Shown here in pieces: positions 1-11,400 of a stretch of 64,000 bases of DNA. Below the pieces are notes generated by a model that ran no database searches, had not been told where the DNA came from, and worked only from the letters and a program-made list of their open reading frames with translations. Both the position numbers and the translations under genes were made by a program. This DNA is from Phoronis australis (lineage: Eukaryota; Animalia; Phoronida). Within the stretch, counting starts at the first letter, position 1. Every line of letters begins with the position of its first letter. The DNA is taken from NCBI GenBank assembly GCA_002633005.1, contig NMRA01000003.1, positions 2,661,117 through 2,725,116 of the forward strand. The letters are read 5' to 3'.

Positions 1-584
1 CCCCCGTAGATCCGCCACTGGCAGGTACATCAAGGTGGAGAAAATTTAAGACAAACAATATCCAAATTACACCCCGAATAAAATGTGCGAACAAGTTCTT
101 TACATGCTGTGCGACGAGTCTAAAATGCTCTTTTTGTTTTTAAGTACACCACGACTGCTGCAAAACGTTTTCAAGCCCACGCTAAAAAGTTGCCTTCTGG
201 TCAATGCGACAGTGCACTACAGTAGTGTCAAGACTCGCTGGAACTGTCGAGTGAGATAAACGCATATTGTAGTCAGTGCTCAAGTAACGGCAATGTGTGC
301 AAGGTGATTCCCAATACTCAATACACGGTGTTTAGTCAGAGCCGGAGCGGGGAATACAGCCTACCGAGAACGGTATTCAATTTCGCCACTAGCGTGGGTA
401 ATTTAGCAACCAGTGTAACATGTGTTGTGTAAAATGGCCTTTACAAGCAAACACAAAGAATTCCCAAGACTTACTTCATGTTCAATGATTATTAATACAG
501 ACTTCACCAGTTTCCAAACATTGTGCAAAATACAGTCCTACATTATATCAGAACACATCCGAGGTAGGACAAATCCTAGGGTAA

Positions 585-693
585 TTTATTGGTACATGTC
601 AAAATCTATGCACTGGTTTACTGCCAACTTTTGGAACTTTCAATTTCCTTTCCCACTTCGTTTTCACTTTGGTATTACAGGCAGTATTTTATT
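585..693 (-). terminator. Candidate polyadenylation signals of USP54 (AATAAA at 688-693 and 585-590, minus strand)
   Basis: tttatt on the plus strand ~0.9-1.0 kb past the stop, at the end of an AT-rich UTR-like stretch. Confidence 0.5.
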
Positions 694-1062
694 GTATGCA
701 AATAACAGATCTTAGAAAATAAACATTGAATGTATCAAGCACTTTAATGATTCCTCATAATTAACAATTATATACACAGAACCACGAATGTTAATGCAAT
801 AACATGCCAGGCAATAATTATACAAAACCTTACATAGGACGTAGCATCCCATAATGCATCTTACACAAAGAATAATCTGTAGTATGGTCCCCAACAGGAC
901 GGATGACACAAAGCACAATGGTATCCATTACACAAAGAAAACAAATAAAGAACAAAAATACCACAAACAAATGATATGTACACCCAGAAATGATATGTTT
1001 CAATTGGTGTTCTATGCAAAGCAAACTGAAATTGCCAACACAGTTTATCACAGATAACAAAC

Positions 1063-1331
1063 CTGGGGCCCATTGCAAGAAAAATGACTTAGCTAAGACA
1101 AATCTTAAACTATGAGTCAGTTTTAAGATAGAACTTAAATCTTAAGTCCACTCCGAGAAAATGAACCAGTCCAAGAAAATGATCCTAAGTTTGACTTAGT
1201 TTTTGACTTAAATTTTGTCTTAAATTTGATGTAACTTACTGGTTGTGGAAGTTTCAAAGTTTAGAGGTCGAGACAAATCTTAGACTTTAGTAAAAAATGA
1301 ATTTAAGTTGGTTTCTAGGAACAGGCCCCAG
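1063..1331. mobile_element. MITE in the USP54 3' UTR
   Basis: Imperfect TIRs ctggggcccattgcaagaaa / tttctaggaacaggccccag; internal cttaag/acttag repeats. Confidence 0.6.
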
Positions 1332-1616
1332 CCCTTTTACTCCTGAATCCCCACTAGATGTCACTACTAGTACAACTACTACATGCAAGACTCCAGCATG
1401 GAAAACTGCTTAAAATATTGGTGTAAAAGCTAGGATAAAATTATTCTCAAATAAAAATAAATAATCAAATATTTCTACAGTAACAGCAAATCAAATACAC
1501 TTTAATTCAAAATATCAAAACACAAGAGCTAATAGAATTCCACGAAACGGAAGAAGACAAAAAAGCAAAGCAATAGCAAAACATAAAAATGTTATGCACA
1601 GTAAAAGTAGCAATAT

Positions 1617-2420
1617 TTATACAGAGCTTTTTTGTAGTCTTGCAAAGTACAGCTTACATTTTTCACAGTAAGATTGAGAAACATCAACCTTTGCCTTACG
1701 ACATAAGCAACAGCGAATCAGCTTGTTGTTGCCTGTATCTTCAGAACTATCACACGAATCACTAGTATTGTCCTCGCAGTCTGAATCATATCCCAACATC
1801 TTCTCGCTTTTTTCCTTGAGTAATGAATTACTACCGGCTTCCTCGCAACTCTCCGCTGTGTTGGGTTTAGTCACTATAACATACTTCCCCTCCTTCATTC
1901 TGTCTTGGCTTTTTAACGCCCATTCCAAAAGGTACTCCATATTTGCAGGAACATCTTCAGCCTCAGTTATCAGAGCTATGCTATCAGAAAATGTCACAGA
2001 CTTCTTGCGTTTTGGCTTTTTCTTTTTACCAGGCACAGTGGAGACATTTGTATTTGGGTTTTCACTATTGCTGCTAGTTAGACTAACCTCATCACCATGA
2101 CAATCTGAGGTTAAGTTCTCAAACTTTGACCTCAGCGATCGAACACTAGCCACCTTCTTTTCAGTAGTGTCAGGTTCCGTCTTCATCTTAGTTGGGCTGT
2201 TCTGCAGCCACTGTTCAACAATTTTGTCAGAAGATGGAGCATTGGACAACTGTTGTGACCAATCACAGCTGCCATCTACCAGATCTTTCTTCACAGGAAG
2301 CGCATGGACATCAGCCGTTTTTCTGTTCTTCTTCGCTGGTAGAGGAGGAGGTACATCTGCAGATGTATCAACTGTAGATGTGCAGCCGCTGTTCACTGCG
2401 GGACAATCCTCTCTTGAAAC
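1617..2420 (-). CDS. USP54: USP54 terminal exon (KKSVTF motif; C-terminal CxxC-x11-CxxC)
   Basis: ttttttctag acceptor at 2421-2422, in frame with the 259-aa ORF; TAA at 1617-1619. Confidence 0.88.
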   Translation of the reverse strand, partial: VSREDCPAVNSGCTSTVDTSADVPPPLPAKKNRKTADVHALPVKKDLVDGSCDWSQQLSNAPSSDKIVEQWLQNSPTKMKTEPDTTEKKVASVRSLRSKFENLTSDCHGDEVSLTSSNSENPNTNVSTVPGKKKKPKRKKSVTFSDSIALITEAEDVPANMEYLLEWALKSQDRMKEGKYVIVTKPNTAESCEEAGSNSLLKEKSEKMLGYDSDCEDNTSDSCDSSEDTGNNKLIRCCLCRKAKVDVSQSYCEKCKLYFARLQKSSV

Positions 2421-5400
2421 CTAGAAAAAATGGCTAATCTTAGTACGAATTACCTTACGTATTTAGCAAAAAGGTAATTCACAACCCTAAAAGGTTCAGT
2501 ATCATTTATCTAGATTTCATCTGGAATTACCTCCAGTGTTCAACTAAATAATAAAAAAGTAAACCTCAAAAACACATGAAAGCGATGCTTTCTCTCGAAA
2601 AAAGTTTCTATTTAGGCCACTTAGGGTTATGAATTGGGACACAAATTGGTTCCTTAGTCAAAAAGTTGTATGATTCCTAGGCTTGAAAGAACTGGTAGTT
2701 CCGTCAGTAGTTTTCCCAATAAGCTCATGAAATAAAGAAAGAACAAACTGTTAGTTCTTCTAAAGACCAGACATAACTTCAAAATTGAGTAAGGAACAAG
2801 GCCTAAAAGGTAAGTGCCCTAAACCAAAACTTGTTTTTTGACAGAAAGCACGCAGTTTATGCCATTTGAACAATTCCTGGCTTATTCGGATTTCCGAAAA
2901 AACTGACAGAGAAGTTTCAGTGAAGAAGTATTAGTTGATGAAGAAACCTAAAAGAAACAACACAATGAATGAACTTGTACCGTATTGATGAAAGTGGAGT
3001 TAAAAGCAAGCAATGAAATGGAAATTATGGGATTTAAGTAATTCATGCCATGAAAAGTACGCTATCAGTCACCATAATGGAAGTCCAGGGTTAAAATCCA
3101 GACTGAGGTGAATTTGGCTTGGTGCTGAGAGCCACAAGTGGGATGACTTCACAAGGCACTTCTTCATTGTTGTTGTGCACTAAATTCTCAATAACTTTGC
3201 CTACGGCGCACCGGATTTTGAAAACTTGAAAATAGGCAACAGTTATTTTTTAATTTTGAAAAATAAGTTATGATGGTCAGTTGCATTCATTCTTCTTGTT
3301 TGATAGACACACACTGTTTATAACAATGTTAATTGCAAGTAATGAACTATACGCACTGACCAGCCCAGATGATGGTAGTTCGAATCCAATGATGCACTTA
3401 CATGAAACACAGAGGGGTGAAGGGTAATCTTACCACAAACACAGAGGGGTGAATGGTAATCTTACCACAAACACAGAGGGGTGAAGGGTAATCTTACCAC
3501 ATTACAAACATGGTTAAACTGACTGATAGCGTACAATTCACAAGTGTTAGTCAATTTTTGCACCATCCATTGATACAAAAGATAAGGACGAAATGAAGGA
3601 ATCAAAAAATAATATTACATAAACTTGCAAGTCGTAAAAATGAACAAGAGGCAAAGGTTAACAGCAAACAGTTTCTCTTACTATCGTCATGACAACATCA
3701 AATATCCAACAGGCCACGTCTTCATTAACCATTTTGAAAACAATGGTCTAACAATAAAGACAAGGGAAACATAGAGGCAGGATTGGACGGGGAAAAGTGA
3801 TACGAGAATACCTAGGCTTTGTCAGGAATTTTCCTAGCTGTGAAACATTATACCACTCTCCAAACAACTATTATATTTGAACACTATAGAAAATAAATCT
3901 ATATTAACAGGAAGGGGTTGTATCCACACCACAACAAAACAATAAAAGGACAGCTCATCTCGGGCTTTTTGGAAATTCTAGGAATACCGAAGGTCTTGGA
4001 AATTATTCAACCCACAACCACAGTAATTTAATAGCTGATTTAAGAGTCCTCAATGATACCGAAAATAACCAATCATCACACTTCGTACCATAAGAAATTG
4101 CCTANAATTCACAAGTGTTAGTCAATTTTTGCACCATCCATTGATACAAAAGATAAGGACGAAATGAAGGAATCAAAAAATAATATTACACAAACTTGCA
4201 AGTCGTAAAAATGAACAAGAGGCAAAGGTTAACAGCAAACAGTTTCTCTTACTATCGTCATGACAACATCAAATATCCAACAGGCCACGTCTTCATTAAC
4301 CATTTTGAAAACAATGTTCTAACAATAAAGACAAGGGTAACATAGAGGCAGGATTGGACGGGGAAAAGTGATACGAGAATACCTAGGCTTTGTCAGGAAT
4401 TTTCCTAGCTGTGAAACATTATACCACTCTCCAAACAACTATTATATTTGAACACTATAGAAAATAAATCTATATTAACAGGAAGGGGTTGTATCCACAC
4501 CACAACAAAACAATAAAAGGACAGCTCATCTCGGGCTTTTTGGAAATTCTAGGAATACCGAAGGTCTTGGAAATTATTCAACCCACAACCACAGTAATTT
4601 AATAGCTGATTTAAGAGTCCTCAATGATACCGAAAATAACCAATCATCACACTTCGTACCATAAGAAATTGCCTAAAAATACATATTTGACAGACACTCA
4701 ACACTTGATAGTTGAAACACAAGGAGAACGAAGCTTAATAATGCTGAGGCCACTCCAAAGCATGCTGGTGCACTTTTCAGAGTAACCATGTAACTGTTAC
4801 AATCTACAATCATATGGAAATCAATAGCTGTCAGCAGCTCTCAACTAGAAAACTGTTCAAACTGAAGGGCTAGTGAACATGCAGAGAAAACAACATGCAC
4901 GCAAAATTGCCATGCTCAAGTGGTACTTACGGCAGGAGGACAGGGTCCTGTGGAGCGCAGAGAAAAACCAGAAATAGGTGTTAGTTATCGACACAGACCG
5001 ACATAAAGTGCATGATCAAGTCTGTGTTATAAAGAGCATATACCTGCACCACATGTTGAATGGGAATTGCAGTCTCATATGATACAAGACAATACCCTTG
5101 CACCAAGTTCCCCATTAGTTTATGATAAAGTATTCTTGACAAAAGGTCATATCGCAACAAGATAAGTTACAGAAGACAGCTCAATGTCTAAAGATTGGAA
5201 AAGTGTAAAAGATGGAATTAGAAAATAAAAGATCAGAATGTCATAACTATGTAACATAGCTAAAGTTCATTTGTGAGGCAATGAAGCACAGAGTACATCA
5301 AGTTGCGCGAACACTATCTCCTCAATCCTAGCCATAAATCCATTTTAAGACCAACCTTCCATGCCCTTTTGAGATAACCACCCTTGTTGCTTGCGGAACA

Positions 5401-8400
5401 CGTCCATTTGTTGATTCTCCAGAGCACGTAGCCTCTCTTTCACACTAACGTTAGGATGCTCACTAACATCTGCCGAGTCTGTTAGGGTATCATGGTCAGA
5501 TGGCACACTTCTGCAGAAGAACATAGTTAAGCGTCACATGAAGCACAGCTGACAGAACATACTTAGAGTGAGACATTCCTTTTAGTTCAGATTTTGGAGT
5601 AAAAAACATCAGTTACTCAGTGTATGCACTTTGTGTATTCCTCGTAGCTGTAGGAATGTATGGATCTTATCAGTTGATAAGCTAATTACCTTAATTTGAA
5701 AAACAGAGCCACTGACCAGAACTTTCATTCAAATAATATTAAGAAAATGCAATTCTAACTAGGTTTTAATCAGCACAACTGTAAGGGGAAGCAATTGCCA
5801 GAACTGAAAATAATAAATTCACTCACATTGAAGGGGTACTTTTGTATCTCTTCAAATCTCCCACTTTTACTTCCCTTGGATCGTGATAGTTACTGCTAGT
5901 CTGTGATGAGAGCCTCCTGTTAGCAGCAACAGCACTGGACGGACGATTCCTACTCTTTGATGGCAGGTTCGACTGACTGATTGTATTCTGTTGGCTCTTC
6001 ACCGTGTTTGATGATGAATTGCTTGAGAAACTGGCAGTCTGCATGTGGACGGGGACTCCATCTGGTGGTTGGATTACTTCTACAGGGCGTCGAGAAGGCA
6101 TTTGTTTTTGATGCTGAGAGTTTGAAAAAGATGGTTGACTGACACTGCGATAAAAGTGCTGAGAAGTCTGGTACTGATCAGGAGTTCTGTAATTGTTCGG
6201 TGGTGCTACTGGCTGCGTGCTGCGTGACCTCTGGAAGTGCTGTTGGTACGATGGCGGATGTTGTTGTCCTGATGGAGGCTGGTAAGGAGGAATAATCATG
6301 TCTCTACTCTGGGCCTGTTGGATTGGCTGGGTACTCTGGGCCTGCTGGAAGGGCTGGGTATTCTGGGCCTGCTGGAAGGGCTGGGTATAGGACTGCTGTG
6401 GCTGAGAGTGGTACGTCTCAGGGCGACGGCTGCCAACCTGCTTGCAATAACGTTCAGGGTAGTCATAGTCAGGGTTGATGTTTCGGCCGCTACTCCCCAA
6501 CTGTCTGTGATTGTACACTGCATCTTTATCAGGATAATCATAATTAGATGCACGTCTCTCGTACACTATACCTGCCGAAGTCTGTTTCATCTGAGAACTT
6601 CTAGACTGGGGGGCTGGAGGTGGTTGGTGAACTAAAGAGTGTACATGCTGCCCTCTGTTGTCTGTTCTTGTTTGGTAAGATGTTGATTGGTTGGCACTGT
6701 TTGTATGCAACACTTGACTTGGCCCACTCACAAGTTGTGAATTTTGCTGATTAAGCACTGAATGAGTATTCTTATCACCTGCACTAGGTGGATTTGCCTC
6801 CCCTGGTGGCTGAATGGTATTCCTGTTCTCATTTGCTAGGCTGACAGTCTGCTTGGCTTCAAGAACAGTTGCTTTCACCGGTGTTGAGTTTGGGGAGAGT
6901 GAGTCAGATCTTACTGGAACAGTGGGCTTCGGTTTGTCTGTGTTACCAGCACTATGTGCGACTTGGGTGGACGTGTTGGCCTGAGATCGCTGTCGGCTTA
7001 GATAGGAACGGTAAACATCAATATCATTCTTGTTCTTCTCAGGAGATTCATTGGGCGACTTGTTCTTCCTGGGCAAAGTCGCATACACCTCTATAGTACT
7101 GTTAGAACTTGCACTACTTTGTTTGGAGTGATTGGGCTCCAGGACGGTTAGAGGCTGGGATAAGGTAACCTGAAGATTTTGGGGAACCAGCGGTGGACGC
7201 AGTTTGACATCAGATGGGGCATGAGGCGTACACTTGGCATAATCCCTCAGCTCGAGGTTCTGGTTGGGCTCATTCAATGACCTTTGTCCTGGCACCTGTG
7301 GCTGTGTAACATGACCTGGATGTCCGTTTACTACATGATAGCCAGGCACTTGCGGGTAAAAACCGGGGCCACCAATGGCACTTGGCTTTCCATGAAACTG
7401 GGGGTTGTTCATGGGATGAGAATTCGAAACATGGTTGACAGGAACTGGCTGCGAGACTTCTTGTAAAGACTTGTTAGAAATTTCTGTGCTTGTAGTGCTA
7501 AAACAATAAAAATCAGATGTTTTACACAAAACACGAGCATCAAATGCAACAACTTCATATACACTGCAGGCTCAACTTCCAGTTTCTTTACTAACAGTTC
7601 GAGTAATTTGCGTAGCGAAGACATATTTGAAACAGCTCCCTCAAATGGAATCCAGCCATTCGCAAAAACAGAACAAAGACCGTGAATAACGAGAATGCAA
7701 TGTTACAATAATTTTTCACAATTGGAAGTAATGTGTAACTCTAGAAAATGTCAAAATCCGACCAACTTCGCAACATCATGCAGGGCATAACTAACTCAGT
7801 AAAGTTGAACCAGATTCTAATGAAACTTTCAGCTACTAGGATTTACAAACCCCTCTCCAAAACGTATTTATAATGATCAACTATTACATTAAAATGCTAG
7901 TTTAAAAATAGGACAAATAATTTTTTTTATGAAAAAAGATCAAAAGTTACATATTAACTAAAATAAAATAATTTAGAACAAATGAAGCAGCATTTTTGAG
8001 ATTTCATCTTGAAAATTTGTCATGTTATTGACAGCATCGTGTTATTATGAATGTACCTATGTTTTTAGCTTAATTTTCTGAAAAAACATGGCTATGTGAC
8101 CCAATCAAAGGCCGGTTAGTACGAGTCAAAAAATAAATTCTACGGGCTTGCTTCTTTCAGAAAATACATACATTTAGTGGGTTAGTTGCTAAAAGTTTGC
8201 TAAATATTAGGCTAAATACAGAGCTGCTAAGATTACACAAGACACAACTTTAAACTTTACAAACGATTTTCATACTATTTGCGAGGACAATGTACCTTGA
8301 CAAGTCATCATGACCTGTTTCATTGTGGCCATCTTGTTTGGCTAGGATACGTCGGTGAAGTGCACGAGAGCGTAGAACACACATGTTGTGCTTCATGTGG

Positions 8401-11400
8401 GCGTGTTGCACCATCTGTTGATCAACTGGGTTCAGGTCCAAGATCTGCTTGAAGTAATCTGCAAAGAATAGCACATTAACAGAACTTATTAAATTCACAT
8501 TACAAGAGAAATAATTGTAATGATATTACTTTGGCTATACGTCCAAGATGAAGAACAAAACAAGAAACAAATCTGAAATCACTAAATGCTGAGAACTCTC
8601 TCAATGGAACTATAAACTCATTAAAACTTTCGACATCAAGGCATACCATACCTGTATTTTTACTCTGCTTATTGAAATGTTTCTGACGATGACTTTGTAA
8701 ACAAATGGGGATATCGAAAATGAATACTTTTGTATTAGTTTAGCAACTTGTCATGAATAAATCTGAATGTGTACGCCATAAACCAAAGTAGCCAAAATGT
8801 CTGATAATGAAGCTATTCCAATAGGGTCTATTTCCTTACACTATATTACACAACTTAACTGACCACCAGGGAGGAAGAACACAGTGTCTAATCCGTAGAA
8901 TATCAGTATCCATGTTCACCACTGTATGGTATTCAGATGTTTCAGATACCCAGTAATACCTACATCTAGTCTGATTACACAGCACCAGAGCTAGGTATAA
9001 ATCCCCTTTCTGTTCCCTGCATCATGAATTACCTACCTACAGCCTGAGTGCACAACACTAAAGCGAGGCGCAGATCCCCCGTTTGTTCCTTGACCACTGA
9101 CTCATCTACCAGGTCCTCAGCATGATTGCACAACAGCTCACATCTTTCAGCATCTAACAAAACAACACAACACAATTAAACTACAACAGCTATCAGTGAT
9201 GTTTCACCTAAGCCTACACTTACTAAGGTCCCTTTCAATGTGGCAGTTACCGAAACTCGATTTGCACAATTTCAAATAAACAAAACACTCAAAAACAAAC
9301 ACCATTGCAAATACCCCATGCACAAAATGTGACCACTAGCACTCACCATTTTTAGCGTCTGGGAATATCTGGTGTACAATAGCCCCTCCCTTGTTGACGG
9401 CTACAGGTTTCTGTACAACATGGTGATTACCGGACTGTGTAGAGCCAAGGCTCTCCACAGACGACGAAAATGAAGACACCTCATTACTGACAACTGAACG
9501 CACATTTCTGACTTTTTTATGCACTCCATGACCGTGCCTATTGTCCCTCGCTTGCTGAATCAGGGATGGACCATTCTTGTTGTACATAGACACTGTGTCA
9601 ACCGTAGGAGATTCCATAGACAGGCTACTGATGGAGCTGGCACTGTTACGGTCTCCACTACGATAGCCAGAGTCCTTATACGAACCAATAGATACATTGT
9701 CAGCATTAGGAATATCCACCTTGAGGGTGTGCCTGTCCTGTGGTTTGGTATGTGAGTAGTCTACATAGCTGCTAACAACACTGTGATGACCAGAGTCTTG
9801 GCTCTCCTTGCTCGCTGCACTGGAGCTGGAAGCCTGGCGTTTCAGCTGAACACATTGTCTATTGAGGATCATCTCAACGGCTTTACGGTCAATGTATATG
9901 GGCTCATCAAGCTCTTCATCCCAGTTATTACGAGAGATATGACGTACTTCACGGTTGTGGTTGGACGCAGACATCGGTCGAACCCTCGGCTTGTTGGTCA
10001 CTGCAGGAGTGCACTTACTGGTTTCAACATAATTTGAAGAATTTTTCTGATTCTGTAAGGGAACATAATCTGCATATCTGCTGCTGTCCTGAACACTTTT
10101 CTTGGCCTTTCTATTACGTGGCAACGTAGCCAAGCCAGATGTGATCGGAGTGTCATGTTTACTGACAAATCCTCGACTCTTTTCATCATCTGCTGAATGC
10201 ATTCTTTTCACAGATTTAATGTCACCATTTTCTTTACTCTCCATCCCTTCAAAATTGAAACTGCTGCTCGTTTGATAGCGAATAACATCTGCTCCAACTT
10301 TTCTTCGCCCTTTTCCACCTCTGAAGCTATTCTTCTTTTGTTTATCGGTGGGTTTTACCAACTCGTCACGTTTGTCCATGATTGCTCTGTCCGCCTGAGT
10401 AGCAGGAATGGAGGGTCTACGATACTGATCACTGTTAGACAGAGTATAACTATCATAGCCCACGGGATTGTCAGATGGTGCAGACCAGTTAGTCTGTACA
10501 GGTTGGAACATTGGGGCACTTTCAACCCCCAATGAGATCTGAGTCGACTCATTAGCGACAAGACCACCGGTGCCACAGTCGTCAGTCTGATCATAACCGG
10601 TCGCAACGGGATTATCATAACCAACACCTTGATAGCTATGAGACTGTGGCGTTGACTTTGTATATGGCACTGAAGCAGAACGCAACAATTCTGGATGCAC
10701 ACTATAGCATTTTTGTTTACCCTGGTCAGGTTGGCTAATTTCTGTCGTTTCCATGGCGTCCAGGTAACTTGGTTTCCTGTCATGATGTACACCAGTGTCT
10801 TGGTACCCATTATACCAATTCTCTGGTCCCGGGGTTATAGCGCGCCGTGCGTTCTGTGCTGTCCCTTTGTCATACCCTGTACTTCCCGGCGTAGGAGTGA
10901 TGGCACGTCGCTCTTTGAGTTGCTTTTGAAACTTCTCTTTGTTCTGACTTCTCAGGTGATTCCAGCCGCCACGAGCACCGTCACTCCGGTCCTGACCCAC
11001 GTAGTTGTCAGACTGGCGGTAATCTCGACTATTCTGGTCCTGATGAGGAGGGCCTTAAAAGGGCAAATTGTACACTGGAATTAGAACATCTCACAACAAG
11101 AGAAACAGTGTACTAGGATATCGTCAAAGTCATTTGCATACTTTAGCAACAGATGCAGTCATAAAGAAAGAGCTAGAGCCCACCGGACTGTTTACTTCAC
11201 CTCCCTCCCGCAACATGTTAGCAAATCATTAAAGTAATCAAACCAACAAGTTGTTCTTTTGACCACATAAGATAGATTGGCGATAATAACAGCCATAGTA
11301 AGAACTACGTAATGCCAATGCTACATACTTGGTTCATTGTTCCATGAATGACCAGGCACCATGGTTTTAAGCTTAGGAGCCGTGGATGCATCAATGGGTT

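Noticed and set aside
3405-3500. 32-bp repeats as a CRISPR array
   Set aside because: The repeats are contiguous with no spacers, there are no cas genes, and the context is a eukaryotic intron.
3535-4675. 570-bp near-perfect tandem duplication as real biology
   Set aside because: The copies abut a single N and differ by only a few SNPs, typical of unmerged overlapping contig ends from two haplotypes. Read depth or long reads would confirm.
1723-11084. Plus-strand and off-frame ORFs overlapping USP54 exons (e.g. 1723-2100, 10197-10535, 10695-11084)
   Set aside because: Shadows of the real coding exons, with no recognisable motifs.
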